Assembly (NCBI GenBank): GCA_963727825.1
Contig: CAVSHO010000001.1
Span: forward strand, 128,001-192,000
Length of the DNA: 64,000 bases
Direction: 5' to 3'
Source: Ignavibacteriota bacterium
GTDB taxonomy: Bacteria; Bacteroidota; Ignavibacteria; UBA10030
How positions within the stretch are numbered: the first letter of the stretch is position 1; the number at the start of each line of letters is the position of its first letter. A program made the position numbers and the translations under genes. Shown here one piece after another: positions 31,193-40,076 of this stretch. Below the pieces are notes generated by a model. The model was not told where the DNA came from. It saw only the letters and a list, made by a program, of their open reading frames with translations, and made no database searches.

Positions 31193-32485
31193 ATGAATAG
31201 AATGAAAATAATTTTATCGGCAGTATTTTTTCTCGCCGGCGCTGCGGCAGGACAAGATTCGATGACAGTCGAGCAAGCTGTTCAACGTGTTCTCCAAATC
31301 CATCCGGCAATAGAACAAGCATTGGCAAATACCCGTGCAGCGGAAGCGCGCGTTCAGCAAACATCAAGTGCACGTTTGCCAGAATCAGATATTGAAGCTT
31401 CATATACTTACCTCGGTCCGCCTATTCCTTTTTATTTCGGAGTTTTGGGGCCATTTCAGTTTTATCCGAACAATAATTATGACGCTCATATCGGAGCCGG
31501 TTATATGCTGTACGATTTCGGGAAGACAAGTGCCACTATCGACGTAGCACAATCTCACGTTGAATCTGCGCAAAATACAGTTGATTTAATAAAGAACGGA
31601 TTGGGTTATCAGACCATTCGAACATTTTATACTATCTTGTTTCTTCAAAAATCAATTCATGTAGCGGATGAGCAAATTGAAACATTCGACGAGCACCTTT
31701 CTCTTACTAAGAAAAAGGTCGATGTAGGAACTGCGACAAGCTTCGATGTCCTTACGACTGAAGTTCGTGTCGCCTCGGCCCAAAATCGAAAAGTAGAGTT
31801 GGAAAACTCATTGCACAAACAGGAATCTATATTGCGCCAGTTGCTTGGTGAGAAAGAAGGGATTCCAATTACACTTGTCGGCGAATTTACGATGGTTCCT
31901 GTAAAGCTGAATGCTGATTCACTTGTTGAGCAAGCATTCGCAAAACGTATAGAATTGAAACTTGATCATAATGCCCAGATGACTGCCGACCTCCAGTATA
32001 AGATGACATCCCGTGGCAATATGCCGTCACTCCATATCAGCGGAGAATACGGTGTAAAGAACGGGCTCTATTTTCCCGACCTTAACATCATTCGCGGTAA
32101 TTGGGCCCTTAGTGCACAATTACGCGTGCCTGTATTCGACGGCTATCGAGTCGATCATATGGAACAAGAAGCACAAGCGGCAATAAATGCGGAGCAGGCA
32201 CATACACAAAACACTGAACGGCAAATTCGATCAGATGTTGAACAAACTCTTGCTGACTTTCAAGCATCAGCGAGAAAAGTGGAAATTACAAAAGTGCAGC
32301 TTCAGCAGGCACACGAAGCTGTTGCAATTGCACGAACTCGTTACGAAACCGGTTCTAGCACCAATTTGGATTTACTGGATGCAGAGACTGCAGAGTCGGA
32401 AGCTAAGTTAATGAACTTGGAAGCAATGTATCGCTTGGTCATTAGCAAATACGAACTTGATCGTGCTGTTGGAGTATCGTTTTAG
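31193..32485 (+). CDS. TolC-family outer membrane efflux protein
   Basis: Signal peptide, LYDFG, P.FDG and RYETG...LDLLDA motifs. Confidence 0.9.
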   Translation: MNRMKIILSAVFFLAGAAAGQDSMTVEQAVQRVLQIHPAIEQALANTRAAEARVQQTSSARLPESDIEASYTYLGPPIPFYFGVLGPFQFYPNNNYDAHIGAGYMLYDFGKTSATIDVAQSHVESAQNTVDLIKNGLGYQTIRTFYTILFLQKSIHVADEQIETFDEHLSLTKKKVDVGTATSFDVLTTEVRVASAQNRKVELENSLHKQESILRQLLGEKEGIPITLVGEFTMVPVKLNADSLVEQAFAKRIELKLDHNAQMTADLQYKMTSRGNMPSLHISGEYGVKNGLYFPDLNIIRGNWALSAQLRVPVFDGYRVDHMEQEAQAAINAEQAHTQNTERQIRSDVEQTLADFQASARKVEITKVQLQQAHEAVAIARTRYETGSSTNLDLLDAETAESEAKLMNLEAMYRLVISKYELDRAVGVSF

Positions 32486-32516
32486 AATTATTGATGTATG
32501 GGTTAAAGTGAATAGC

Positions 32517-33983
32517 TTATAATTCGAACCACTGTCGGACAGTTTTCAAATTGGATTCCTTAAATAACTTGTGCGAGAATTCGTTGCTATGCACATTATA
32601 TCTGTAATCTTTTTCCCACTTCCCGATATTTTTTTGTAATGACCGTAATGCATCAAGGATATTCGCAACCTCATCATCTGTTGTTGTTGGATGAATGGAC
32701 AGCCGAATCCATCCGGGTTTCGTTGAAAAATCACCATGGTCGATGCGGTTTGTGATCTCATTTGAATGTTGCGGATCAACATGAAGTAAATAATGTCCAT
32801 ATGTACCCGCACAATCGCACCCGCCACGCACCTGAATGCCAAAACGGTCATTGAGAATTTTAACCGCAAGGTTGTAATGAATATTTTCGAAGAAAAATGA
32901 AATAATACCAAGCCGATGAGCAATATTGTCTGCAAGAATATGCAGGCCGGATATTGTACGCATTTCTTTTAAAGGTACAGGGACAATTTCTTTCTCACGT
33001 TTGAGCATCTGTTTCACACCCATTTGTTCTTTTAATTCTACGGCCAGCGCGGATCGAACGGCCTGTAAAAATCCTGGTGTGCCGCCGTCTTCACGTTCTT
33101 CGATGTCAGGTTTGTAACGATATGTTCCCCATGGATTTGTCCAGAGGATGGTACCGCCACCGGGTTGATCTGGAGATTTAAGATGATATAGTTCCGAATC
33201 GAATACCATCACACCAGACGAACCAGGGCCCCCTAAAAATTTGTGCGGTGAGAAAAAAATTGCATCCAATCGCTCCAAGGGATCGGCAGGATGCATGTTG
33301 ATGTTTACGTATGGCGCAGATGCAGCAAAATCGATGAAGCAAATTCCGCCATGTTCATGCATAATTTTTGCCAGTTCATGATAGGACGTTTGAATACCGG
33401 TTACGTTGGAACAACCAGTAAATGAGCCGATTTTCAAGGGACGATTTTTATATTGCTCTAAGGATTCCCTGAGACTGTCTGTATTGACGAGTCCTTCTTG
33501 TGTCGGCGGAATGACACATACATCGGCAATTGTCTCATACCATGATGTATGGTTTGAGTGATGCTCCATATGTGTTATGAAAACGACAGGTTTCTTATCA
33601 GATGGAATAGTAATAAACTGATTTAGCTGGTCCGGGTATTTCAACCCTAACATTCTTTGGAACTTGACCAGCGCGGCGGTCATACCAAATCCGACATTCA
33701 ATAAAGCATCTTTCGGTCCTGCGTTAACATGATGTTTTATTACTTCGTGAGCATGATAATACGCTTGCGTCATCATTGTACCGGTGATATTTGTTTCCGT
33801 GTGTGTGTTACCGACGAACGGGCCGAACACTTTATGCATCTTCTCTTCAATAGGAGCATACAATCTTCCGCTGGCTGTCCAATCTGCGTATGTGATTTTC
33901 TTCGTACCGTACGGCGAACGAAAAGTTTGTTTTATTCCAACAATGTTTTTACGGAATTGCGAAAAATATTTTTCTATGTTCAT
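32517..33983 (-). CDS. Class V PLP aminotransferase (cysteine desulfurase/selenocysteine lyase-like)
   Basis: YADWTASGR, EHHSN, SPHKFLGG, GGTP and RGGCDCAG motifs. Confidence 0.88.
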   Translation of the reverse strand: MNIEKYFSQFRKNIVGIKQTFRSPYGTKKITYADWTASGRLYAPIEEKMHKVFGPFVGNTHTETNITGTMMTQAYYHAHEVIKHHVNAGPKDALLNVGFGMTAALVKFQRMLGLKYPDQLNQFITIPSDKKPVVFITHMEHHSNHTSWYETIADVCVIPPTQEGLVNTDSLRESLEQYKNRPLKIGSFTGCSNVTGIQTSYHELAKIMHEHGGICFIDFAASAPYVNINMHPADPLERLDAIFFSPHKFLGGPGSSGVMVFDSELYHLKSPDQPGGGTILWTNPWGTYRYKPDIEEREDGGTPGFLQAVRSALAVELKEQMGVKQMLKREKEIVPVPLKEMRTISGLHILADNIAHRLGIISFFFENIHYNLAVKILNDRFGIQVRGGCDCAGTYGHYLLHVDPQHSNEITNRIDHGDFSTKPGWIRLSIHPTTTDDEVANILDALRSLQKNIGKWEKDYRYNVHSNEFSHKLFKESNLKTVRQWFEL

Positions 33984-34010
33984 ATTATTGCTTCTCTAAT
34001 ATTCAATCAG

Positions 34011-34062
34011 GTAGAGGCGTTCAATTTTTATCCGCCGTCTTTGTGGCGGAGAACGCCTCTAC
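34011..34062. repeat. GTAG-type REP with a second hairpin nested in its loop
   Basis: GTAGAGGCGTTC...GAACGCCTCTAC 12-bp perfect stem enclosing TCCGCC-N8-GGCGGA. Confidence 0.8.
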
Positions 34063-34071
34063 AACGTAAAA

Positions 34072-35344
34072 TTATATTTGTGATAATGCCTGATCCAAAT
34101 CCCAAATAATATCTTCTGCCGCTTCGACTCCTACAGAAAGACGTAGCAAGTTATCAGTAATGCCAAATTCTTCTCGCTTATGCGGTTCTACGGCAGAGTG
34201 CGTCATTGCTGCCGGATGTTCGGCAAGCGATTCTGTCCCGCCAAGACTGACTGCGAGCTTTACCATTTTAAGTGAATCCAGAAATCGGAATGAAGCTTGT
34301 TCATCACCCTTAATAATAAAACTGATCATTGCTCCGGGTGACAGGCATTGCTTTTTGTAGATAGTATACTGTGGATCGCCTTCCTTAAGTAATCCAAGAT
34401 ACAGCACCTTCTCAACTTTAGGATGTGTGGAAAGCCATTCGGCAATTTCTTGTGCACTTTCCGCTGAAGTGGTCATCCGCATCTTGAGTGTTTCAAGACT
34501 CCGCAGAAGTAACCAGCCGGTCAATGGACTTGCCACTGAACCGAAAGCAACGCGCAGTGATTTGATACGGTTAATAAGTTCTTTGGAACCAAGGCATGCA
34601 CCGGCGACGACGTCACTGTGGCCGCCTATATATTTTGTTGCTGAATAGAGAACAAGGTCAACACCATGCTTGATGGGGTGTTGGAAGACAGGCCCGAGAA
34701 ATGTATTGTCCACTGCTGTATAGACTTTGCGTTCTTTTGTTGAAAAGTGTTTTGCAATATCCACACACATTTCAATATCGATTAAGCAATTAGTCGGATT
34801 TGCCGGCGTTTCAAAGAAGATCATCCGAAGTTTATCTGCAGCACCCGCCTGTTCCACCATATCGATGATCTGTTGTTTAGTGTGTTGTACGCCAAAGTCT
34901 ATAGTTTTAATGCAAAACTTTGTTAGTACGGATTCGAAGAGATATTCTGTGCCGCCATAAATAGGTTCACTGCTTAAAAGAACATCTCCCGGCTTTAATA
35001 GTTCGAGTACAGTCGGTACTGATAGCTGCCATACCGCTATCAAAAACTGCGCAAGCTTCAGCTTCATCCCAAATAGTCAGGCGGTCTTCGAGAATTTCCA
35101 GATCCGGATTATTAATACGGCTGTAGATGAGTCCGGCGCCATGCTTGCCCGGTTCACGCACGCCATGCGCCATCTCAAAAAACTCTTTTCCATCATTGGC
35201 ATTTTCAAAGACGAAAGTTGAAGTTTGAAAAATAGGGCACTTTACAGCACCTTCCGACCATTCCGGTTTATAGGCATAGCCCATCATCAGAGTTTCGGGT
35301 TTAAGCGTTTTCTTTTTTCCGTTAGCGATGAGTTCTTTATCCAT
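34072..35344 (-). CDS. Cys/Met metabolism PLP enzyme (methionine gamma-lyase/cystathionine gamma-synthase family), frameshifted near 35015
   Basis: PIFQTSTF, YSR, SGMAAI; ETPANP, DNTF, SATKYIGGHSD and SLGGTESL motifs. Confidence 0.88.
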
Positions 35345-35498
35345 AAAAGTACCTCATTGAATAGTGGTGGGAAATTTGTTGTGGAGGAAGGTACGAGAAT
35401 ATTTTTGAAAGTCAATTATGCACATTGAAACAGAAACAATTACTAAGGCAAAAAATATTGTTGCTAAAACGATCCAATATATAGTATCAAAAATAGAT

Positions 35499-35532
35499 CA
35501 GCCCTCCAAAGAAGTGTATCTTCGGAGGGCTG
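35499..35532 (-). terminator. Probable terminator downstream of serC
   Basis: CAGCCCTCC...GGAGGGCTG stem followed by ATCTATTTTT on the minus strand. Confidence 0.6.
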
Positions 35533-35551
35533 TGTATATTCGATCCAAAAA

Positions 35552-35642
35552 GTGCTGTGGAAAGTTTTTTCTCTCAACAAGCCATATTTAACCGGCAGAA
35601 TACCTGCCTAAAAATCGGCGGATATAAAAGTCTCAACAGCAC
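35552..35642. repeat. 91-bp element with 17-bp imperfect terminal inverted repeats (MITE/REPIN-like)
   Basis: GTGCTGTGGAAAGTTTT ... AAAAGTCTCAACAGCAC (14/17) with internal GC-rich mini-hairpins. Confidence 0.5.
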
Positions 35643-35651
35643 AGATATATT

Positions 35652-36737
35652 TTATCCTTTATTTGCCTTATAAAATTCTTCCATATGTTTAGCCAATAAT
35701 TCCACTGATTCCATAGGGCAGGCGTTATAAATGGAAGCGCGCATGCCGCCAACAGAGCGATGGCCTTTTAGTCCGAGCATCTTCTTTGCTTTTGCCTCGG
35801 CTATAAATTTCTCTTCCAACTCCGGTGTCGGCAAATTCCAGGTAACATTCATAAGAGATCGGTCTTCTTTGTTGACAACGGAGCCCTTATAAAATTCCGG
35901 ATATGCATCGAAGATATCATAAATAAGTTTTGCTTTCTTTTGATTGCGTGCCTGAATAGCGTCTAACCCGCCTTCTTTGATAATCCATTTTAATGTTCTA
36001 CCGACCACGAATACCGGCAGGCAGGGAGGTGTGTTGAACATAGAACCCGCATCGACATGTGTTTTGTATTTCAGTATTGAAGATAAATTTTGTTTTGCTT
36101 TTGCTTCCATCCATGCTTTTTTAATTACAACCATAACAACGCCGGCAGGACCTAGGTTTTTTTGTGCACCTGCGTAAATGAGACTGTACTTTTTAAAATC
36201 ACGTTTGATACCAAGCATATCAGACGACATATCGGAAACCAAAGGCACATTGCCAACGTCGGGATCGGTTTTCCACTCAGTGCCAAAGATTGTATTATTT
36301 GTGGTGATGTGTACGTAGTCGGCGTCGCCGGAGAATTTAATATTTTTCGGTAATTGATTGAAGTTTGTCGGTTTCGACGAGGCAACTTCAATTGCATTTC
36401 CAAGAATCTTTGCTTCCTTCAGCGCTTTCGATGCCCATTCGCCAGTATTGACATAATCGGCTTTATTCTGGAGAAAGTTCATTGGCACCATTGCAAACTG
36501 CAAGCTTGCTCCGCCGCCCAGAAAGATTACTGCATATTCTTCCGCTGATAATCCCATAATACTCAGTGCATCGGCTTGAGCTTCTGCCACTACTTTATCA
36601 AAAGCTTTATCTCTGTGGCTGATTTCCATTATTGAAACGCCGATACCCGCAAAATCCATTACAGCGTCGCGTGTCTCTTCAATAACAGAAAGAGGGAGAA
36701 CAGCCGGTCCAGCGAAGAAATTATGTACACGTGCCAT
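35652..36737 (-). CDS. serC: Phosphoserine aminotransferase
   Basis: NFFAGPA, EISHR, GAQKNLGPAG, NTPP and GHRSVGGMRASIYNA motifs. Confidence 0.96.
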   Translation of the reverse strand: MARVHNFFAGPAVLPLSVIEETRDAVMDFAGIGVSIMEISHRDKAFDKVVAEAQADALSIMGLSAEEYAVIFLGGGASLQFAMVPMNFLQNKADYVNTGEWASKALKEAKILGNAIEVASSKPTNFNQLPKNIKFSGDADYVHITTNNTIFGTEWKTDPDVGNVPLVSDMSSDMLGIKRDFKKYSLIYAGAQKNLGPAGVVMVVIKKAWMEAKAKQNLSSILKYKTHVDAGSMFNTPPCLPVFVVGRTLKWIIKEGGLDAIQARNQKKAKLIYDIFDAYPEFYKGSVVNKEDRSLMNVTWNLPTPELEEKFIAEAKAKKMLGLKGHRSVGGMRASIYNACPMESVELLAKHMEEFYKANKG

Positions 36738-37017
36738 AGGTTTTATCCTTTCTAAGTTTAATTTGCAATAACAGCGGGAGTTCTTTCGATCACTTTAACA
36801 TACTAATATTTTTATAAACTGTCTACATCAATTTATTAGATATATGAAAATAATTTTTCCAATTGAGAATACAATGTTGCTGGTTATGAAATTTTTTGGT
36901 ATAATCTGTACAGAATAATTCACCAGGTAATTTTTCCTTCGGCATTCGTAGCCCCTCGGTAATCAAACAGAATGATTGCCTTAGGAATTTAACTATAATA
37001 ATCCCATGGAGTTTACT

Positions 37018-37926
37018 ATGAATATTCTCGTATCTGATGGAATCACGCAAGAAGGCGCAAAAATTCTTACCGATGCCGGTCACAAGGTAGATAAACTCAA
37101 GCTGACACCAGAAGAGTTGCTAAAGAAGATCGGTGACTATGATTGCATCATTGTTAGGTCTGCAACAAAAGTAACAAAGGAAGTGATAGAAGCTGGAACA
37201 AAACTCAAGGTGATTGGACGTGGCGGTGTCGGACTTGATAATATAGACGTGGCTTTTGCGCAAAGTAAAGGGATAAAAGTTTTAAACACGCCTGCTGCTG
37301 CATCGGTATCCGTTGCAGAGCTTGCCATTGGGCACATGTTCGCTGTATCGCGTTTCTTGTATATAAGTTCAATGGAAATGCGGCAAGGCAAATGGCCGAA
37401 GAAAGAATATGGAGAGGGAAAAGAACTTTTCAAGAAAAATCTTGGCGTACTCGGATTCGGCAATATTGGCAAAGAAGTTGGACGCCGTGGGAATGCGTTG
37501 GGAATGCATGTGATGGCATATGATCCGATTGTCAACACTGTCGATTTTCCAGTTGAGATGACTACTAAAGAAAAAATTCTTGCCGATTCCGACTTTATCA
37601 CTCTTCATCTCCCATTGAATAAAAAAGAAGGACCGGTTATTGGGAAAAAAGAGTTTGATATGATGAAACAGGGAGTTGTGATTATCAATTGCGCACGCGG
37701 CGGCGTTGTAGATGAAGCTGCATTGCTTGAAGCTTTGAATTCAGGCAAAGTTGCGGCAGCTGGAATAGATGTATTTGCAAATGAACCACCAACCGATGCG
37801 CAGAAAGCTCTAATCAATCACCCGCATGTTAGTGTTACACCGCATATTGGTGCCTCTACAGTCGAAGGACAGGAGCGGGTTGGTGCGGAGATCGCGAATA
37901 GAATAGTAAAAGCATTCAACGCTTAA
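37018..37926 (+). CDS. serA: D-3-phosphoglycerate dehydrogenase (short form, no ACT domain)
   Basis: RSATKV, GVGLDNID, GFGNIG, NCARGG and TPHIGAST motifs; divergent from serC. Confidence 0.85.
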   Translation: MNILVSDGITQEGAKILTDAGHKVDKLKLTPEELLKKIGDYDCIIVRSATKVTKEVIEAGTKLKVIGRGGVGLDNIDVAFAQSKGIKVLNTPAAASVSVAELAIGHMFAVSRFLYISSMEMRQGKWPKKEYGEGKELFKKNLGVLGFGNIGKEVGRRGNALGMHVMAYDPIVNTVDFPVEMTTKEKILADSDFITLHLPLNKKEGPVIGKKEFDMMKQGVVIINCARGGVVDEAALLEALNSGKVAAAGIDVFANEPPTDAQKALINHPHVSVTPHIGASTVEGQERVGAEIANRIVKAFNA

Positions 37927-37931
37927 AAAGC

Positions 37932-39173
37932 ATGGCAACGATCCGATCGTTTAAAGCATTTCGGCCGAAACCTGAATTCGCGGGCGAAGTCGCAGCAAGA
38001 CCTTATGATGTGCTGAACTCAGATGAAGCACGCGAAGAAGTAAAAGGACACCCGCTTTCGTTTTTGCACATCGGCAAGCCGGAGGTCGATCTCGATCCGA
38101 GTATCGACCTCCACGATAAGCGTTTGTACGAAAAAGGAAAAGAGAATCTCCAGAAACTCATTTCCCAAAATATTCTGGTTCAAGATTCTGCATCATATTT
38201 GTATGTGTATGCACAGACAATGGGCAAGCATACTCAGTACGGTCTTGTAGGTTGTGCATCGGTTGATGAATATTGGAACAATACTATCAAGAAACATGAA
38301 TTGACGCGAAAAGATAAAGAAGAAGATCGCTGCGAGCATGTGCGCGTTACAAATTCCCATTCCGGCCCGATATTCCTTACATACCGTGACAACGATGAAA
38401 TCAATAATATAGTTGCAGGCATAATAAGTAAATCGCCGGAGAATGATCACACAGCGTTAGACGGTATACGGCATCAAAGCTGGGTGATAAAAGATAAAGA
38501 GGTAATCCGGAAGATCGCCTCAATCTTTAAAACAATTCCAAACCTATATATTGCAGATGGACATCATCGTTCGGCGGCGGCAGCAAGAGTTGGAAGAGAA
38601 CGCGCGAGTGCAAATCCCAATCATCGAGGAGATGAAGAGTATAATTTTTACTTAGCTGTTTATTTCCCTGCAAGTCAGCTCCGCATTATGGATTATAATC
38701 GGTTGGTTAAAGATCTATGCGGTATGACGAAAGAGGAATTCTTTGCGAAATTGAAACCAAACTTCGATATCGATGAAGCTTTTGCACAAGTGGAGCCTGC
38801 GAAAAAAGGCGACTTCGGAATGTATCTCGAAGGTAAATGGTACACACTCTCCGCCGGCACCGCGTTACAAGGCGTTGCCGATCCGGTCCTACAGCTTGAT
38901 GTTTCAATTCTGCAAAATCATTTGCTTGACCCGATTCTCGGCATTAAAGATCCACGCGTTGATAAACGAATTGATTTTGTCGGCGGTATCCGCGGCTTAG
39001 GTGAATTGGAACGGCGCGTCAATTCAGGCGAAATGAAAATTGCTTTCAGCATGTTTCCAACTTCTGTTACCGAATTAATGGCTATTGCCGACGACGACGA
39101 ACTCATGCCGCCTAAGTCAACGTGGTTTGAGCCAAAACTCCGCGATGGATTATTTGTGCACTTCTTGGATTAA
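37932..39173 (+). CDS. DUF1015 family protein
   Basis: PYDV, KKHELT, YIADGHHR and MPPKSTWFEPKL motifs. Confidence 0.93.
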   Translation: MATIRSFKAFRPKPEFAGEVAARPYDVLNSDEAREEVKGHPLSFLHIGKPEVDLDPSIDLHDKRLYEKGKENLQKLISQNILVQDSASYLYVYAQTMGKHTQYGLVGCASVDEYWNNTIKKHELTRKDKEEDRCEHVRVTNSHSGPIFLTYRDNDEINNIVAGIISKSPENDHTALDGIRHQSWVIKDKEVIRKIASIFKTIPNLYIADGHHRSAAAARVGRERASANPNHRGDEEYNFYLAVYFPASQLRIMDYNRLVKDLCGMTKEEFFAKLKPNFDIDEAFAQVEPAKKGDFGMYLEGKWYTLSAGTALQGVADPVLQLDVSILQNHLLDPILGIKDPRVDKRIDFVGGIRGLGELERRVNSGEMKIAFSMFPTSVTELMAIADDDELMPPKSTWFEPKLRDGLFVHFLD

Positions 39174-39326
39174 TCTCGATTAGGATGTAGAGAGTATTTT
39201 TACGAACACGGGGATACCTGTTCTCACACCGCTCGTTGCTTCTCTTTCCCTTGTTTTCTAAATTGATTTCAATGATTACATCGATTTATCGCTGAGGGTA
39301 GATTAACTGATTTTACAAATTGGAGA

Positions 39327-40013
39327 TTGAAGATGGTTCGTTGGTTGTCAATTGTTCATTGTTCGTTGCTTGCTGTTTGGTGCTCGTTGTTTATTGCAGA
39401 GGCGCAACCTCGCATTGAAAGCCAATTTCGTATAGCACGCCTAAAGTACAGCGGTGGTGGCGATTGGTATAACGGTCCAACGGAAGAGGTAAATCTATTA
39501 AAATTTGTTCAACAGAACACAAATATAGATTGTGATCCTCGGTACGAGTTTGTCGATCTCTCCAGTGATAAACTTTTTTCATATCCATTCCTGTTTATGA
39601 CCGGACATGGCAACATCAACTTTTCTGATTATGAAGTGCAGCGGCTTCGCACATATCTGATACAGGGTGGATTTCTTTACGCAGATGATGATTATGGAAT
39701 GGATAAAGCTTTTCGGCGTGAAATGAAAAAGGTGTTTCCAGATCAAGAATTGATCGAGCTACCGTTTACCTATGGAATGTACAATTGTCACTTCCATTTC
39801 CCAAATGGTGTACCAAAGACGCATGAACATAACGGTAAGCCACCGCAAGGATTTGGATTGTTCCATAACGGCAGGCTGATTGTTTATTACACGTACGAAT
39901 CGAATCCTAGTGATGGCTGGGACGATCCTGACGTACATGGTGATCCTGAACCGGTGCGGCAAGAAGCGTTGCGGTTCGGAACAAATATTATTGTTTGGGT
40001 TCTGACACATTGA
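39327..40013 (+). CDS. DUF4159 family protein
   Basis: LKYSGGGDWY, FMTGHG, GGFLYADD and GTNI motifs; N-terminal signal peptide. Confidence 0.9.
   Translation: MKMVRWLSIVHCSLLAVWCSLFIAEAQPRIESQFRIARLKYSGGGDWYNGPTEEVNLLKFVQQNTNIDCDPRYEFVDLSSDKLFSYPFLFMTGHGNINFSDYEVQRLRTYLIQGGFLYADDDYGMDKAFRREMKKVFPDQELIELPFTYGMYNCHFHFPNGVPKTHEHNGKPPQGFGLFHNGRLIVYYTYESNPSDGWDDPDVHGDPEPVRQEALRFGTNIIVWVLTH
39347..39395. repeat. 7-nt periodic array (GTTCATT-like x7) inside the signal-peptide coding region
   Basis: GTCAATT GTTCATT GTTCGTT GCTTGCT GTTTGGT GCTCGTT GTTTATT. Confidence 0.75.
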
Positions 40014-40076
40014 CTGCGATTGAAAAACAGGAAGTTAATAATTAATGGTTGAGTGATTTTGCGATTGTATGAATAA

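Noticed and set aside
35345-35651. SAM riboswitch upstream of the Met/Cys lyase
   Set aside because: Could not find SAM-I/II consensus elements on the minus strand; the hairpins fit a terminator and a TIR element better. An Rfam scan would settle it.
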